Shown here: positions 18,954 through 30,013 of the stretch, one piece after another | How positions within the stretch are numbered: the stretch's first letter is position 1 | Layout of the letters: each line of letters starts with the position of its first letter | IMG/VR virus record: IMGVR_UViG_3300033463_000014 | Location: 64,001 to 128,000 of that record | From: a virus | Taxonomy: Duplodnaviria > Caudoviricetes | Direction: 5' to 3' (one strand) | DNA: 64,000 bases | The notes under the pieces: generated by a model | Told to the model about the DNA's origin: nothing | Seen by the model: the letters and a program-made list of their open reading frames with translations, nothing else | Databases searched by the model: none | Made by a program: the position numbers and the translations under genes

Positions 18954-19354
18954 TTATTATTGATCACCTTCCTTTTTAGCTATAGACATCATGGCATCGT
19001 CAACGCCGCACTCGCGGCTCAGGATTTGAAGGGATTTCTCGGCGACGCCGATCATCTCCTTGCAATCGCAATAGACTTCGTTCACGCGGGACACAGCCAA
19101 GTCTCTCAACCTCTCCAACGCATCGCGAATGTATGCGATGTCCCCGCACCCCGTGTAGCGGTGCATCCGGTTCATCTCTTCGCAGAACTGGGTGGCGTTC
19201 TTGACCGCATCCTTGTTCCTTCGGTGAGGCTCTCCGGAGAAAAACAGGATGACGTTGCCGTCCGCGTCCCTCACGGTTGCCGTAGGAACCGGAGGAGAGT
19301 ACGTTTTTTCACGCTCGCGTTTCCGACCAAGGTTCGTGAGAGGGTATCTCCAGT

Positions 19355-19759
19355 TCACTTTTCCTTGCTCCTTTCGCGTTTTACAAACCTGACATATCCA
19401 TCCCACCCCTTGTCGAATATGAGGAGAGCGTGGAATCTGGCGCATCCGAACATGGCTCCCGTGCAGTCTTCGCAGACGCTCAGTATCGCATTCTCGAAAT
19501 CGAGCTGACTGCTGTTCGTCATCCTCGGAGTCCACTTCTTACCGGTTTCGCGCTCGAATTCCTCCCGTTCCTTTTTCCATTTTTCCCTCTCTCCCTCGTG
19601 GCTCCTAAGCCACATCACGCCGGCCTTCGCCATCCTCCTGCAGGCAGCCTCATACCCTCCTCCGAATCCGCTGATCTCGAAAGGCCATTTGAACTCGCCT
19701 GCATCCTTCCTAACTTTCGAAGCCAGCTTCCTATCAGGTTTTGTCTTGCCGTCTCTCAT
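19355..19759 (-). CDS. Hypothetical phage protein
   Basis: ATGA-coupled; ISGFGGGYEAAC and CTGAMFG motifs. Confidence 0.6.
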   Translation of the reverse strand: MRDGKTKPDRKLASKVRKDAGEFKWPFEISGFGGGYEAACRRMAKAGVMWLRSHEGEREKWKKEREEFERETGKKWTPRMTNSSQLDFENAILSVCEDCTGAMFGCARFHALLIFDKGWDGYVRFVKRERSKEK

Positions 19760-20022
19760 TCACAATATCCTTCCTCGGTTTCGGGCTCGACCCATTCATC
19801 TTCATGTTCCACGGAAACGACCTTGATTTCCTCCACGGACAATCCTTCTCTCAGGCACCAGTCCGAGCAGAAAACATTGTCCGACTCATCCTCGGCGAAA
19901 TACCGCACCTGAAGGTAGTTGTCGCAAACCTTCAGGTACGTTTCCCCGTCATTCAATTCCTTTCCGCACACAGAGCATATCATTCCGCTCATTTTCCTCC
20001 CGCCGTGTCAGTCGCGGTAAAC

Positions 20023-20541
20023 TCAGGACAGTTTCTCGTCCCCCTCGACCTCTCCGATGCTCCTGTTTGCCTCGTCAACCGTTTTGTCGAGTTCCTTCCT
20101 GCTCGAATCGGACAGCTTGACGAACGCTTCCTTTATGAGATCGCCAGTCAATCCGATGATCTCGTCCAAATGACTATAGATTGTCATAAGTACCGCCTTC
20201 TCAAGAAACGTACTGAGGCTCCCCTTAGTTTCCGAGTACTTAGACGCATTCTTTCCGACAACCCGAAGGAGTCCACCCGCTCCACTGCAGAGGAATCCGA
20301 GCTTTGGAAGTCCGTCCGCATGCAGCTTCTCCTCTTTGTAGCTCCATGACCAGAATTCTGGGTTGAGGAAACCTCCTTCGTCCACAACCGCAGGAGGCTC
20401 GTAATCGCTGAACGAGCTTTCCCTGTCAAATACAACGATCCCTACGTTCCCTTCCTTGATATCCTTCTGGAGCTCACGTGCAATCCTGTAAGACTCAGGA
20501 AGATTATGCAACAATTCTAAGTTGATAATAACATCACTCAC
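20023..20541 (-). CDS. Hypothetical protein
   Basis: 172-aa ORF. Confidence 0.55.
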   Translation of the reverse strand: MSDVIINLELLHNLPESYRIARELQKDIKEGNVGIVVFDRESSFSDYEPPAVVDEGGFLNPEFWSWSYKEEKLHADGLPKLGFLCSGAGGLLRVVGKNASKYSETKGSLSTFLEKAVLMTIYSHLDEIIGLTGDLIKEAFVKLSDSSRKELDKTVDEANRSIGEVEGDEKLS

Positions 20542-20571
20542 AACACAACTCCTTCCCTATTTCCAAATACC

Positions 20572-20994
20572 TCAAACATCTCCTGAACCGTCTCCGTCTC
20601 CGTCGCCGTCGTCGTATCCGGAGCCGTAGCCATAGCCGGAACCGCAGCCGTAGCCGGATCCGAATCCGTAGCCAGCGCCAGAGCCGTCGCCGGCGTCGTA
20701 TCCGGAGCCGTAGCCGTCGCCGACGCCGCATCCGTAGCCGCTTCCGTCGCCGAATCCAGATCCGGAGCCGTCGCCTGAGCCGCATCCGTAGCCGCGGCCG
20801 GATCCGCAGCCGTAGCCGCAGCCAGACCCGTCGCCGGCGCCGTCGCCGCAGCCGTGTCCGCAGCCAGATCCGTAGCCGGTGCCGGAGCCGTAGCCGTGGC
20901 CGTATCCGGTGCCGGAGCCGTAGCCTGATCCAGATCCGTCGCAAGAGCTGGAGCAAGATCCGAACTTAAACGGCTTTGCTTTAATTTTGCTCAC
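20572..20994 (-). CDS. Gly-rich (Gx)n repeat protein, Cys-containing variant
   Basis: Short leader, then GYGCGSGDG-type repeats; overlaps the stop of the upstream DUF6948-like gene. Confidence 0.7.
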   Translation of the reverse strand: MSKIKAKPFKFGSCSSSCDGSGSGYGSGTGYGHGYGSGTGYGSGCGHGCGDGAGDGSGCGYGCGSGRGYGCGSGDGSGSGFGDGSGYGCGVGDGYGSGYDAGDGSGAGYGFGSGYGCGSGYGYGSGYDDGDGDGDGSGDV

Positions 20995-21376
20995 ACACTG
21001 CCGCCTCTCTTATTGTCCTCGCCGCCGTTTCGCTGCACGGTATCACCTCATATACGTCTCCCAAGAAGATTTCTGGGAGTTCGTCCGGAAGGGCTATATT
21101 ATTGGCGATGCCATGCACCGCGACCGCAGAGAGCGAAATGCCCTTTTTCGCCTTCCAAGACCACAGCCTACGTGAGTTGACGAGTTGGCAGTGGTTGCCG
21201 TCGTGATCCTTCAAAAATCCCGCGTGAACGCCACAGTAGTAGCCTCGGCATATCACGTACGGGAGTCCGTCGGTGTTCTGAGCGGGGTATTTGGCGGTTT
21301 CGTGGATTGCGCTTCTTCGTACCCACTCCTCGCCGTTTATCGTCATTGTGTCATCTGTGTTCATCTGAGTGTTCAT
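20981..21376 (-). CDS. DUF6948-like protein
   Basis: YVICRGYYCGVHAG...SRRLWSW...ISLSAVAVHG...EVIPC. Confidence 0.75.
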   Translation of the reverse strand: MNTQMNTDDTMTINGEEWVRRSAIHETAKYPAQNTDGLPYVICRGYYCGVHAGFLKDHDGNHCQLVNSRRLWSWKAKKGISLSAVAVHGIANNIALPDELPEIFLGDVYEVIPCSETAARTIREAAVCEQN

Positions 21377-21428
21377 CCTTTGTGTTTTTCATGATGGCCC
21401 TACTCGCTCGAGCTTTCGGGCCATCGTC

Positions 21429-21902
21429 TTACCTGTCGTAGCCGTCGCCGTATCCGGATCCGTATCCGTCGCCGTATCCGTCGCCATAGCCGTCGCCATA
21501 GCCGTCGCCTTCGCCGGCGCCGTAGCCGTTGCCGGAGCCGAATCCGGCGCCGTAGCCGTTGCCGGAGCCGAATCCAGAGCCGTCTTCGTCGCCGGAGCCG
21601 TCGCCGTAGCCGTCTCCATAGCCGTAGCCTTCGCCGTCGCCTTCGCCTGAGCCGTAGCCGCGGACGTAGCTGTCTCCGGAGCCGTAGCCGTTGCCGGAGC
21701 CGAATCCGGCGCCGTTGCCGTAGCCGTATCCAGAGCCGTCTTCGTCGCCGGAGCCGTCGCCGTAGCCGTATCCAGAGCCGTCTTCGTCGCCGGAGCCGTC
21801 GCCTTCGCCAGATCCGTCGCCGTATCCTGAGCCGGAGCCGTATCCGGGTTCTGAATCGGGACTGAAACCGAAGTGCAGTCCGACTTCATCAGGATCAATC
21901 AT
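21429..21902 (-). CDS. Gly-rich (GYGDGSG) repeat protein
   Basis: Start moved to ATG 21902, overlapping the upstream stop; acidic Gly repeats. Confidence 0.7.
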   Translation of the reverse strand: MIDPDEVGLHFGFSPDSEPGYGSGSGYGDGSGEGDGSGDEDGSGYGYGDGSGDEDGSGYGYGNGAGFGSGNGYGSGDSYVRGYGSGEGDGEGYGYGDGYGDGSGDEDGSGFGSGNGYGAGFGSGNGYGAGEGDGYGDGYGDGYGDGYGSGYGDGYDR

Positions 21903-22305
21903 TATCGTCTTCGATAAACTTCTCATAGGTTTCCCACGCGTGGTCGGTCACGGGAATGTACTCGATCGCGTTTGTCAAGACGACCTCGTCCGTCCTGTTA
22001 AGCCTTCCACTTGCGATCCCGTTGTGCGCGACGGCCGAGAGCGACAATCCCCCTCCGCTCCATTTCCAGAGACGGAGCGCATCCTTCAGATGGCACTCCG
22101 TAGCATTGTCCGGGTTAACCGACACCAAAGTGCCGATATGGACACCTGCCGAATAGGACCTGACAAGCACGCGCTTCCCGATCATAGGATGCCGCCAAAC
22201 CGGACGGCTGGCCTCCTTCACATTGCCTTCTTCCTTCACATCGCCTTCTTCCTCCATACCGACGATCTTCTCCAAAATTCCGATAAGCCTCTCATACTTT
22301 CCCAT
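21895..22305 (-). CDS. DUF6948-like protein
   Basis: VLVRSYSAGVHIG...RLWKW...LSLSAVAHNG...EYIP; GGAGGAG RBS before ATG 22305. Confidence 0.75.
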   Translation of the reverse strand: MGKYERLIGILEKIVGMEEEGDVKEEGNVKEASRPVWRHPMIGKRVLVRSYSAGVHIGTLVSVNPDNATECHLKDALRLWKWSGGGLSLSAVAHNGIASGRLNRTDEVVLTNAIEYIPVTDHAWETYEKFIEDDND

Positions 22306-22336
22306 AATCCAAAGTCTCCTCCGATTTTCGTTCTGC

Positions 22337-22429
22337 AAAAGAAAAAACCCGCCGCCGCCAATTCATTAAGCGCTCGCACCCCTCCAACGGGGGCCGTCCG
22401 CGACGGCGGCGGGCATCCCTGCACCCGCC
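22337..22429 (-). terminator. Terminator/attenuator-like structure
   Basis: 12-bp stem CCCGCCGCCGTC/GGCGGCGGCGGG followed by TTTTTTCTTTT, with a large structured loop and a competing upstream hairpin. Confidence 0.55.
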
Positions 22430-22557
22430 GGGAACATTTTGTCCTGCATGATTCCGTTCCAGACTCGCTCGAACATCTCGTATAGGGCGTACGACGCGTC
22501 TTGTGACAGGTGGTAAACGCTCTCGTCGGTGTCCATTATGACATACGTGTCCTTCAT
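22366..22557 (-). CDS. Small hypothetical protein whose stop lies in the loop of the terminator-like structure
   Basis: 63-aa ORF with a GAGG RBS. Confidence 0.45.
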   Translation of the reverse strand: MKDTYVIMDTDESVYHLSQDASYALYEMFERVWNGIMQDKMFPAGAGMPAAVADGPRWRGASA

Positions 22558-22566
22558 GTAGCGACC

Positions 22567-23070
22567 TCACCGCGTCGTCTCCAAGATGGCCTCGTCCGCC
22601 TTGAGCACTAGGTCGCTGACGGACTTTGCGAGTGTCTTCACAATATGCTTCTTGATCTGCTCGCCCATTATCTGGAACACCCAGTTGCCCTGGCCGACCT
22701 CGAACAAAGCCATGTTTTCGTCGACGCGCTGCTCGATGGACTTCCTGAGTTCGTCTGACATCTCTGAAACCTGATGCAGAATCTCTGCGTTGAACGACCT
22801 CCTGACCTCGGCCCTGATGTGCTCACGCGCTTCATTCGTCAGCCTGACCATGTTGTCGTCCCTGTGGGGATACCAGATGCCGAGGGTTGTGCTGTTTTGA
22901 ATCACGGCGAGAATCAGCTTGTCGATTCTCTCTGACACCTGTTGCTTCACCTGCTCCTTGATTACCTTCTCCACCAGCTCGGCGACGTCGAGCCCCTGAA
23001 AGGTCATCATGATCTGCTCCTGTTTGGGCATTTTGGCGCTCTTGCGCCTTGAGTTTGTTGCTTTGCTCAT
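22567..23070 (-). CDS. Hypothetical helical protein
   Basis: 167-aa ORF with an AAGGAG RBS. Confidence 0.6.
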   Translation of the reverse strand: MSKATNSRRKSAKMPKQEQIMMTFQGLDVAELVEKVIKEQVKQQVSERIDKLILAVIQNSTTLGIWYPHRDDNMVRLTNEAREHIRAEVRRSFNAEILHQVSEMSDELRKSIEQRVDENMALFEVGQGNWVFQIMGEQIKKHIVKTLAKSVSDLVLKADEAILETTR

Positions 23071-23074
23071 TTTT

Positions 23075-24106
23075 TCAGTCTCCTTTGTTGTTATCTTTTT
23101 CCGACTCCGCCTGCTTCCTGGCGAGTGGGAACTTTTCCCCCATGACCGCTTCGTACAGCGCGAGCATGTTTTCGCGGGGTATCCTGTGGCAGCCGATCTG
23201 GATCGTGTCTCCCTCGTATCTAACGATGGAGTAGGGTCCTATCTTCATCGTGCGCATGTCCTTCCCGAGCGCCCACAGCCTCAGCAGCACCTTCGCCTCG
23301 TCCAGCGGGACGCTGACGCGCTCCGACGTCCTGATGCAGTTGTTTTCGGGCTCCGGCCACACGTACGCCGCGTTCCTGTCGATCTTTTTCCGGAACATCG
23401 TCCTCTGGTAGCGGTCGAACGGGAACCTCTCGCTGTGGTATCCAACGTCGAAGACCGCGCGCACGAACTCGCAGTAGTCCGCGCCAGACGTCTCCCCCTT
23501 CGGAAGGTACTTTGCGAACAGGATGCGCGTCTCGGCGGCGCGCTCCGCAGCCTCCCTGCGCCTCTTCGCCTGTAGCTCCTTCGCCATCTTCTCGACATCC
23601 ATCGCCTCGAACCGCTTGAACCTACGGTCGCGGAGGGGCCTCGCCCATTCCTCGCACGAAAGCTCCATTACCTTTTTGCGGCACGCCATGAGATTCGCGA
23701 ACTCGCGGCGGTTGCCGATCGTGTTCAGCTGGCCGGTTAGTCTCTCGAGGGCCTCGAGGAAGTTCTCCGCCACGCCTCTCGGCGAGAAGTCGGAACACCC
23801 CCTTCTGAGCGGCACGGGCACGACCGTGAACGGGCTCGCCTGTAGCACATACGATATGTGCTTTGACGTCGTTTTGCTCATCGAGTAATATGATATGAGC
23901 GTCAGCCCAGTCTCAGGATCATTCGTGCGGACGTCCTTCTCCTCCCTGTCCTTCGTCGGGACCACCTTCGCGATCGCCGTCGAGTAGCTGAAGGCCGTGG
24001 ACCCCCTGTATCTCAGCGAGCATCCGCGGTACGCGTGGCTCTCGTCTCTGTCGACGCCCTTGTAGTAGAAGTCGTGGGCCATCGACCAGTTTGTGTGACT
24101 TGACAT
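23075..24106 (-). CDS. Conserved phage hypothetical protein
   Basis: FSYSTAIA...YSMSKTTSKH N-terminus and RTS...IGCHRI C-terminus, motifs I recognise from phage accessory proteins. Confidence 0.65.
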   Translation of the reverse strand: MSSHTNWSMAHDFYYKGVDRDESHAYRGCSLRYRGSTAFSYSTAIAKVVPTKDREEKDVRTNDPETGLTLISYYSMSKTTSKHISYVLQASPFTVVPVPLRRGCSDFSPRGVAENFLEALERLTGQLNTIGNRREFANLMACRKKVMELSCEEWARPLRDRRFKRFEAMDVEKMAKELQAKRRREAAERAAETRILFAKYLPKGETSGADYCEFVRAVFDVGYHSERFPFDRYQRTMFRKKIDRNAAYVWPEPENNCIRTSERVSVPLDEAKVLLRLWALGKDMRTMKIGPYSIVRYEGDTIQIGCHRIPRENMLALYEAVMGEKFPLARKQAESEKDNNKGD

Positions 24107-25681
24107 GTTTACCTTCTTTCGTTCGTTCTTTCAGGCTCACGCAGCCACGGCCGGACGTAGCGTCCAGCCGTCGTCTTCGAGCTGCGTCTCAACGGGCCCG
24201 TACAGCCACGCTGGGAGCCGATTGTCCGCCCCCTTCGGGACCAGTGACACGATCTCGCGGACGCACCGTACGTCGGCGGCGTCCACGAGTTCGATGATCT
24301 TCTTACACAGCAAGTCTCTGGTCCCATGCGTGGTGCATGGCATGGTTCCGTCAAGAAACCTCCCCATGGCGAGCAGCGTCAGTTTCCCGTTCCAGTAGAT
24401 CCGATCCGTGACGCGTTCGACGTTTTCCTTCACGACCGTCTTCACACGGTCGAATTTAATCGACTTTTCAGACATGATTCTCGATCTCCTCCCCGATACC
24501 CGTTACGATCCGGTATAGATCCTCGTCAGTGTCAGTTCCCATGATCACTCCTTGTCAACGTCACCGCTTCTGTCGGAGACTCCGGTTTCAAACAGTTCCC
24601 TGGCGTCCTCCACATCAGCGGCGCACAGGCTACTTACCTTCCACAGCCTGTAGATCTTCCTGAACGTCCTGTTCGCGCGCAGATGCCGAAGGAGGACATC
24701 GAGATCGACCTTTCCCTTTATCCTGTCGCGTTTAGGGTTCCAGACATACGCAGTAGCCATGAACGCGTCGCACACGTCTCCCTCGACCAGCTCGACCAAG
24801 ACGCTGACCGGGAAGGACTTCCTCTTCCCGGTGAAGGCGACCTTACCGAATTCAATCGTGCTGATCATTTTTCTGGGTTTCATCGTCGCCATCGACTTCC
24901 CTCTCTGTAGCATTCTCCCATTTCCTAGTCCTTTGACCTGTAGTTTTCGATTTGCTCACCCAGGCAATTCGCGGCGTCTAAGATGTGCCTGATCGCGGCC
25001 CTCACGAGGGTCTCCGCCGTCTCCATGGACATCAGGAAGTCTCCCTCGAACTCCCTCTCGTAGTCAAAGAGGATGCTGTACGCGTACGCGAGATGCTCGA
25101 CGCACTCCTTCTTCGCCTCGATGTAATCAGCAACCCCTTTAACCTCTTCCATGTCTTCTCTGTTTTTAGCCATACCCTATCTCCTGAATAATGACCCGTC
25201 AATCAGATTGTCGCCATCGACTTCCGATTCTTGCGGATGTCGGTCGTTCCGATCTTCTTGATCATTTTAATTCTCCTTTCGTGTTTGCCATGTTTTCCTT
25301 AGCCCCATAGCATATTCGCCAGGGGGGATGTACCCTTTGTAGACGGACTGTGCAACACCCTTTACGAACACGACATTCGCGAGCGCGCAAAGTGTTTCCA
25401 CCCGCTCAAGGAACTCGTCTTCATCACAACTCTCGATCCTTTCCTCCGCAACACTTACCGCGAAGTCGGCGACAAACCTCGCCGCCCCGGTCGGATTCCT
25501 TGTCAGCATGTCCTTCAGCCAAGGCTGTACGTGGCCGGCGAACGTTACTTCCAACTTCATTCCCATGTCATACCTCCTCCGCCTCGAATGTCGAGTGCTT
25601 GTATTATGACTACTCTCATCCCTTGGACCAGTCGTCCAGGCCCTTTTCAATCTTGTCGGCGAGCTCGGTACATGCGCTTCA

Positions 25682-25927
25682 TCAATCGAGCCTATTCCAG
25701 CCGTCGAACCGCATCATGCACTTCGGCGGCCGTGTCGGCTCGGGGTCCGCCTGTGTGACGGACTGCGTTTCTCTACCGTACGGATTGTCGACGGCGCAGC
25801 ACATTTCGATCGACCCCCTGTCGAGGAGGTCGTCGACATACTGTTCCGCCTCTTCTCCGTCTTCCGCCTTCACGGCGACCCGCAGGTGGCGCGTCTGGTC
25901 GATGTCTACGTAGAACCATCTTTTCAT
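25682..25927 (-). CDS. DpnD/PcfM-like small protein
   Basis: YVDI...VAVKAEDGEEAE pattern. Confidence 0.5.
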   Translation of the reverse strand: MKRWFYVDIDQTRHLRVAVKAEDGEEAEQYVDDLLDRGSIEMCCAVDNPYGRETQSVTQADPEPTRPPKCMMRFDGWNRLD

Positions 25928-27047
25928 GGATCAATTTTCCTCCATACCTGCGTCCCTTTCGGGAGCCGCCTGTAGCCATACCTGTCCCGGTACCACGCAC
26001 GGGCCTCGGCCTCCGAATACGCATACACGTCGGACGCGTAAACATGCCCCGGGATCCAGAGCATCCAATGTATCAACCGCTTCACATCCTTCACAGGCAG
26101 GCATCCTTCAGCGGGCACTTGCTGTCCTTGAGGATGGACCTCTTCGCGATGTCGATGATGCCCTTCGGAACGTCGGCCGGCCTGAACCCGTCCGAGGCGA
26201 CCACGCACTCCTTCCCGTCGGAACGTGTGCACCGAAGGACTACGGTGCTTCCGTAGATGCCCCACGCGTCAACGATCGCGTAGGCGTTATTCATGGGATC
26301 GTCCTGGTTCCACAGCATCACCAGCGTCCCCGGTTCCTGCTCGAGGGCCTCTACCCACTTCCACGGCATCGCCAGAAACATGATCTTTGGCGCGGGCATT
26401 CCTGCTCCGTACTGCATGCGATATGCAGTTGTGTACCTCTGGTACATTTCGTCGCATTTTGCCTCGAGTTCCTTTGCATCACTGCTGATGTGTATAGCGG
26501 GGCGGCTCCCCGCCAGTTTCTCCAACACGTTCATTCCGCTTCTCCTTTCTTTTCTTCATCAGGCTCGTATGGCCACGGAGCGTTTGGGCACATGTCGTGT
26601 CCGAGTATCGCGCGCAGGAATCCGGACTTGTCACAGCATGGATAGTCCTCTCCAGGCGCATAGGACGCGACCTTGCAATGTCCGCACGTCTTCCAGTTTC
26701 TGTCACATTTCGATGTTATAGGAGAGTATTTCCTCATCGTCATTGACCCTACTCGTTTTTCTCGATCTCCTCGTTTTCCTCCGATGGCTGCGGCTCGAAG
26801 CACAGACTCTCCCCGCACCCGCCGTAGCTCCATATCGCGACGTCGCGGAGGCGGAAGTCACCGTTGGCGCAAAAGTCGAGCGTTATCTGGTCCACGTCCG
26901 ACATCGGCTCCTCGGACCTTCTGTCCCACTTCACGCCCGCGCTCTTGAGCGCATTGACCATCGCCGCCACTGCGTCCTCGAACGCCGCGCGCTGGGCAAG
27001 ATTCAGCTTCAGGTAGTCTTCGTAGCCGTCGTACTTTTCGCGCTTGG

Positions 27048-27611
27048 TCATTCGTCCTTGTCCTTCCAGTCGCGCCAGACGCGGCGCGCAGTCTTTCTCA
27101 CGAACTTGGCGAAGTCTTCCCACGAGCGGTAGCCAACAGGGGCGCCCAGATCCATCCTATCAATGTAGCCGTTGCGGCCCTTCGTGAAGACCATTCCCCA
27201 CTTGAGGTCGATGGACTCGTCGGTGTCGTCGACGTGCCCCTCCTCGAGCTCCGGGTCAGCCTTGGCCATCGCCTCGGTGACGTACGGCATCTCGAAGTCG
27301 ATGTCGTAGTCGCACTGCATGATGTTGTTGTGCGTCTGCCGGCCGATCTTCCAGCAGATGCGCCAGCCTTGGTCCACCTCCTTCGGGTCGACAGGCGGGC
27401 AGAACGCGGGCCGGAGCTCGCCGTTCTTGCCGCACCATTTCTCCTCGGACGCCGGGCCGTAGCCGGACTGCCAGCCCATGCAGACGCAGTACCGGTACTT
27501 GTCGGTGCTCGCGAAGTGGATGGAGCAGCAGCCCGCCTGTTCGCGGACGAGCCACTCCCACCACCTCTTGAGCTCCTTTCCGGTGACTTCCTTGAGGTCA
27601 CATGTCCTCAT
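27048..27611 (-). CDS. Hypothetical protein
   Basis: 187 aa with KIG...MQCDYDIDFEMPY; phage-like codon use. Confidence 0.6.
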   Translation of the reverse strand: MRTCDLKEVTGKELKRWWEWLVREQAGCCSIHFASTDKYRYCVCMGWQSGYGPASEEKWCGKNGELRPAFCPPVDPKEVDQGWRICWKIGRQTHNNIMQCDYDIDFEMPYVTEAMAKADPELEEGHVDDTDESIDLKWGMVFTKGRNGYIDRMDLGAPVGYRSWEDFAKFVRKTARRVWRDWKDKDE

Positions 27612-28480
27612 CGCAGGTCTCCTGTTTTAATCTCCTGTGATCTACGAGATAGGCCATCTCGTGCATGGTTCGCCCCAACAGCCAGTGCTTGCTGAACCCC
27701 GGGTCGGGTTCGTAAGGGAGTCTGTTGTTCCGAAATTCTATGGACAGCCGGACAAGCGCCTTCCGGCGCGTCCCGAACTTGAACCCCTGGACGTACTCCT
27801 TCCTGTGGCGGTCGAGTATACACCACCATATCTTCCCGTCCAGCGCGATGCGCTTGACCGGCTCGAACCTCGACTGCCCGAACCGGACGCACCGACACTG
27901 CGGGTACCTTTGGTCACTCGTCCTCATTGTCTATTTCCTCCTTGATAATCAGTCAGTCTCCTCTACCTCGAAGGTCGCGTTAAGATGAGACGCGCACCTT
28001 CATCTGAACCTCTTTCCGCTGTCCGTGTCCGTTAACCGGTATCCCTGCCTGAGGTTGGACAGGGCCGTCACCGCACGGTCCCTCTCGGAACCATCCGTTC
28101 CTGCTATCCAGGCCATCAGGTAGTCTTCGTATTCTTTTTTGCTATGGAACGTGAACGACTTCCCGTAAGCGACGATCCCATACTTTTCCCCTTTTCCGCT
28201 CATGCACGTCTCCCAGGCCTCTTTTTCAGATATTCTCTCTCCACATCGTCTGTCTCTAAGCGGAGCATGTCCCATAAGCCGTCCATGTCAACGCACAAGC
28301 CAAGCTCATCGTTCATCGTCGCGTTGTCCTCAAGGAACCTTCCCCATGTTCCGGCAATCATCATGTCCGCTATCAGCTTGAAAGCAGGCCTAGTCTCAGG
28401 GGACGCGTCATCGTACACGGACCTCTTAGCGAACTTTACCCATTCGATGTCATTCTCGTTCTCTGTCATCATCCACATGA

Positions 28481-28744
28481 CTAATCCTCTTCGTCTTCTT
28501 TTTTTTCCCCTCCCTCCGATACGGGCACGGACTTGACCGGCCGGTATTCCCAGCCGCCCCTGCGGTCCTGAACGAACACCACCGTGTCGTCCTCGACCTG
28601 GATGTCAAGGTCGTCCCAGTCGCAGAGCGGCGCGGCGTTGGCGATCTTTAACGCCTTATCCTCGGCCTCTTCCGTGGATCCCGCCTCGACCTCAACTAGT
28701 TTCTCCAACAGTTTCGTAAGCGTCACCGTGTATTCGAACGCCAT
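28481..28744 (-). CDS. DpnD/PcfM-like protein
   Basis: YTVTLTKLLEKLVEVEAGSTEEAEDKA. Confidence 0.6.
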   Translation of the reverse strand: MAFEYTVTLTKLLEKLVEVEAGSTEEAEDKALKIANAAPLCDWDDLDIQVEDDTVVFVQDRRGGWEYRPVKSVPVSEGGEKKEDEED

Positions 28745-28791
28745 ATCCTTCTCCTTTTCCTATTCCGCTTCATCCACCTCATAGGTGGTGT

Positions 28792-29223
28792 TCAGGTTTG
28801 AAGCTTGTTCCACCTCGCCACAGCCTCTTGATCCGTAATTGCCCAGGTTTCGGTCTGCGGACTATAGCGACACTTCTGGCAGCGCACATAAGAGCCGCCG
28901 TCATACGTCGGATGCACGATCCTTGCCCCGTCCTCGCCGCACCTTGGGCACGGCAGGGGGATTACAGGCTCGGAAGCGATCGTCTGGTGGACGGGTGATG
29001 GCCGGACGGAAATGCGGGGCTCGCCGTCGTCGTCGCTCGCCTCGAACCCGTCAGTCCACACGCACACTTCACCCGAGTCAACGAGGCCGCGTATTTTCTG
29101 CGCGGCCTCCTTCTTACTCCAGGCGTCAACGTCGTAGACCTTCTTGACGGTCCACCTTACCTCAACTTCGTATCTCTTCAGATGTCCTTGTTCGTCGGTG
29201 CCAAGCGTAATGTATCTGCTCAT
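28792..29223 (-). CDS. DpnD/PcfM-like domain fused to a Lar-like zinc-finger domain
   Basis: YEVEV...VDAWSKKEA, then PCPRCG...VRCQKC...EAVARWN. Confidence 0.6.
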   Translation of the reverse strand: MSRYITLGTDEQGHLKRYEVEVRWTVKKVYDVDAWSKKEAAQKIRGLVDSGEVCVWTDGFEASDDDGEPRISVRPSPVHQTIASEPVIPLPCPRCGEDGARIVHPTYDGGSYVRCQKCRYSPQTETWAITDQEAVARWNKLQT

Positions 29224-29588
29224 GGCGATACCTCATTTCCCTCAGTATCACTTTCGTCTTTGTCGTCGACGCGTATTTCTTATACGAAATTTCCCCAGTC
29301 TTTGAGCGCGCCGACCCTGTCCCAGTCCCTTATCGGGTTGTCGTCACACCTGACACCGAGCGCGTAGAGAAGCGCTCCGTCGATCGTGTCGAATGATTCG
29401 ATGAACACGTCCTTCCCCGTTGATGAGTCCACGACTTCGAACTTGCCATTGACCGACAGGTTTGGCGGCAGGATCCACACTCCGATTTTCGGCTTACGAA
29501 GCAGGCATCCGGCACGGATAACCCGTTCGGACTCCGTCATCTCTTTGGCGTTCTGTACAAACGTTATCTTCATACCCACGTCCTTTCC

Positions 29589-30003
29589 TTATAGTGAACA
29601 ATGGTTCTCCCACACCACGGTGGATTTCTCCGGGTTCACTTTGACCCGAAGCTCAACCGAGTACCGGCTTCGGCAGTGTTACACACAGCTGAATGACGGA
29701 TTCTCCGTTTAGGACGATCGATCCGTTCGTCAGAACGGGCGTCGGTTCGATGACGCGAATTTCCGGCGTAAGATTCAGTAGAGCTTCGCCGTCGAGAATG
29801 CGCGAGCGCTTGAGTTTTTGGTGCAGTTCGCTCCCGAGCTTCGCCCGGATGCTCGTCGTCACGTAAGAATTGTCGTTCACGCAAAGCATGACAGGCGAGC
29901 AAATAGCGGGCAAGACGCTTCGTAGCGTGAGTCTGCCCTCTTTCTTTAGGTTAAGCGTCACCGACTCGGTGTTAGCCGGTATGTCCAGATCGATCTTCTG
30001 CAT
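29589..30003 (-). pseudogene. Tandem duplicate copy A, apparently frameshifted near its 3' end
   Basis: Near-identical to 30014..30385; the shared CRSR motif and the following YSVELRVKVNPEK... are out of frame. Confidence 0.5.
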
Positions 30004-30013
30004 TGTCTTCTCC

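Noticed and set aside
20534-20956. Arg/Leu-rich ORF resembling a protamine or antimicrobial peptide
   Set aside because: Frame-shifted reading of the Gly-repeat gene; the same applies to the Ala/Thr-rich ORF 21389..21898.
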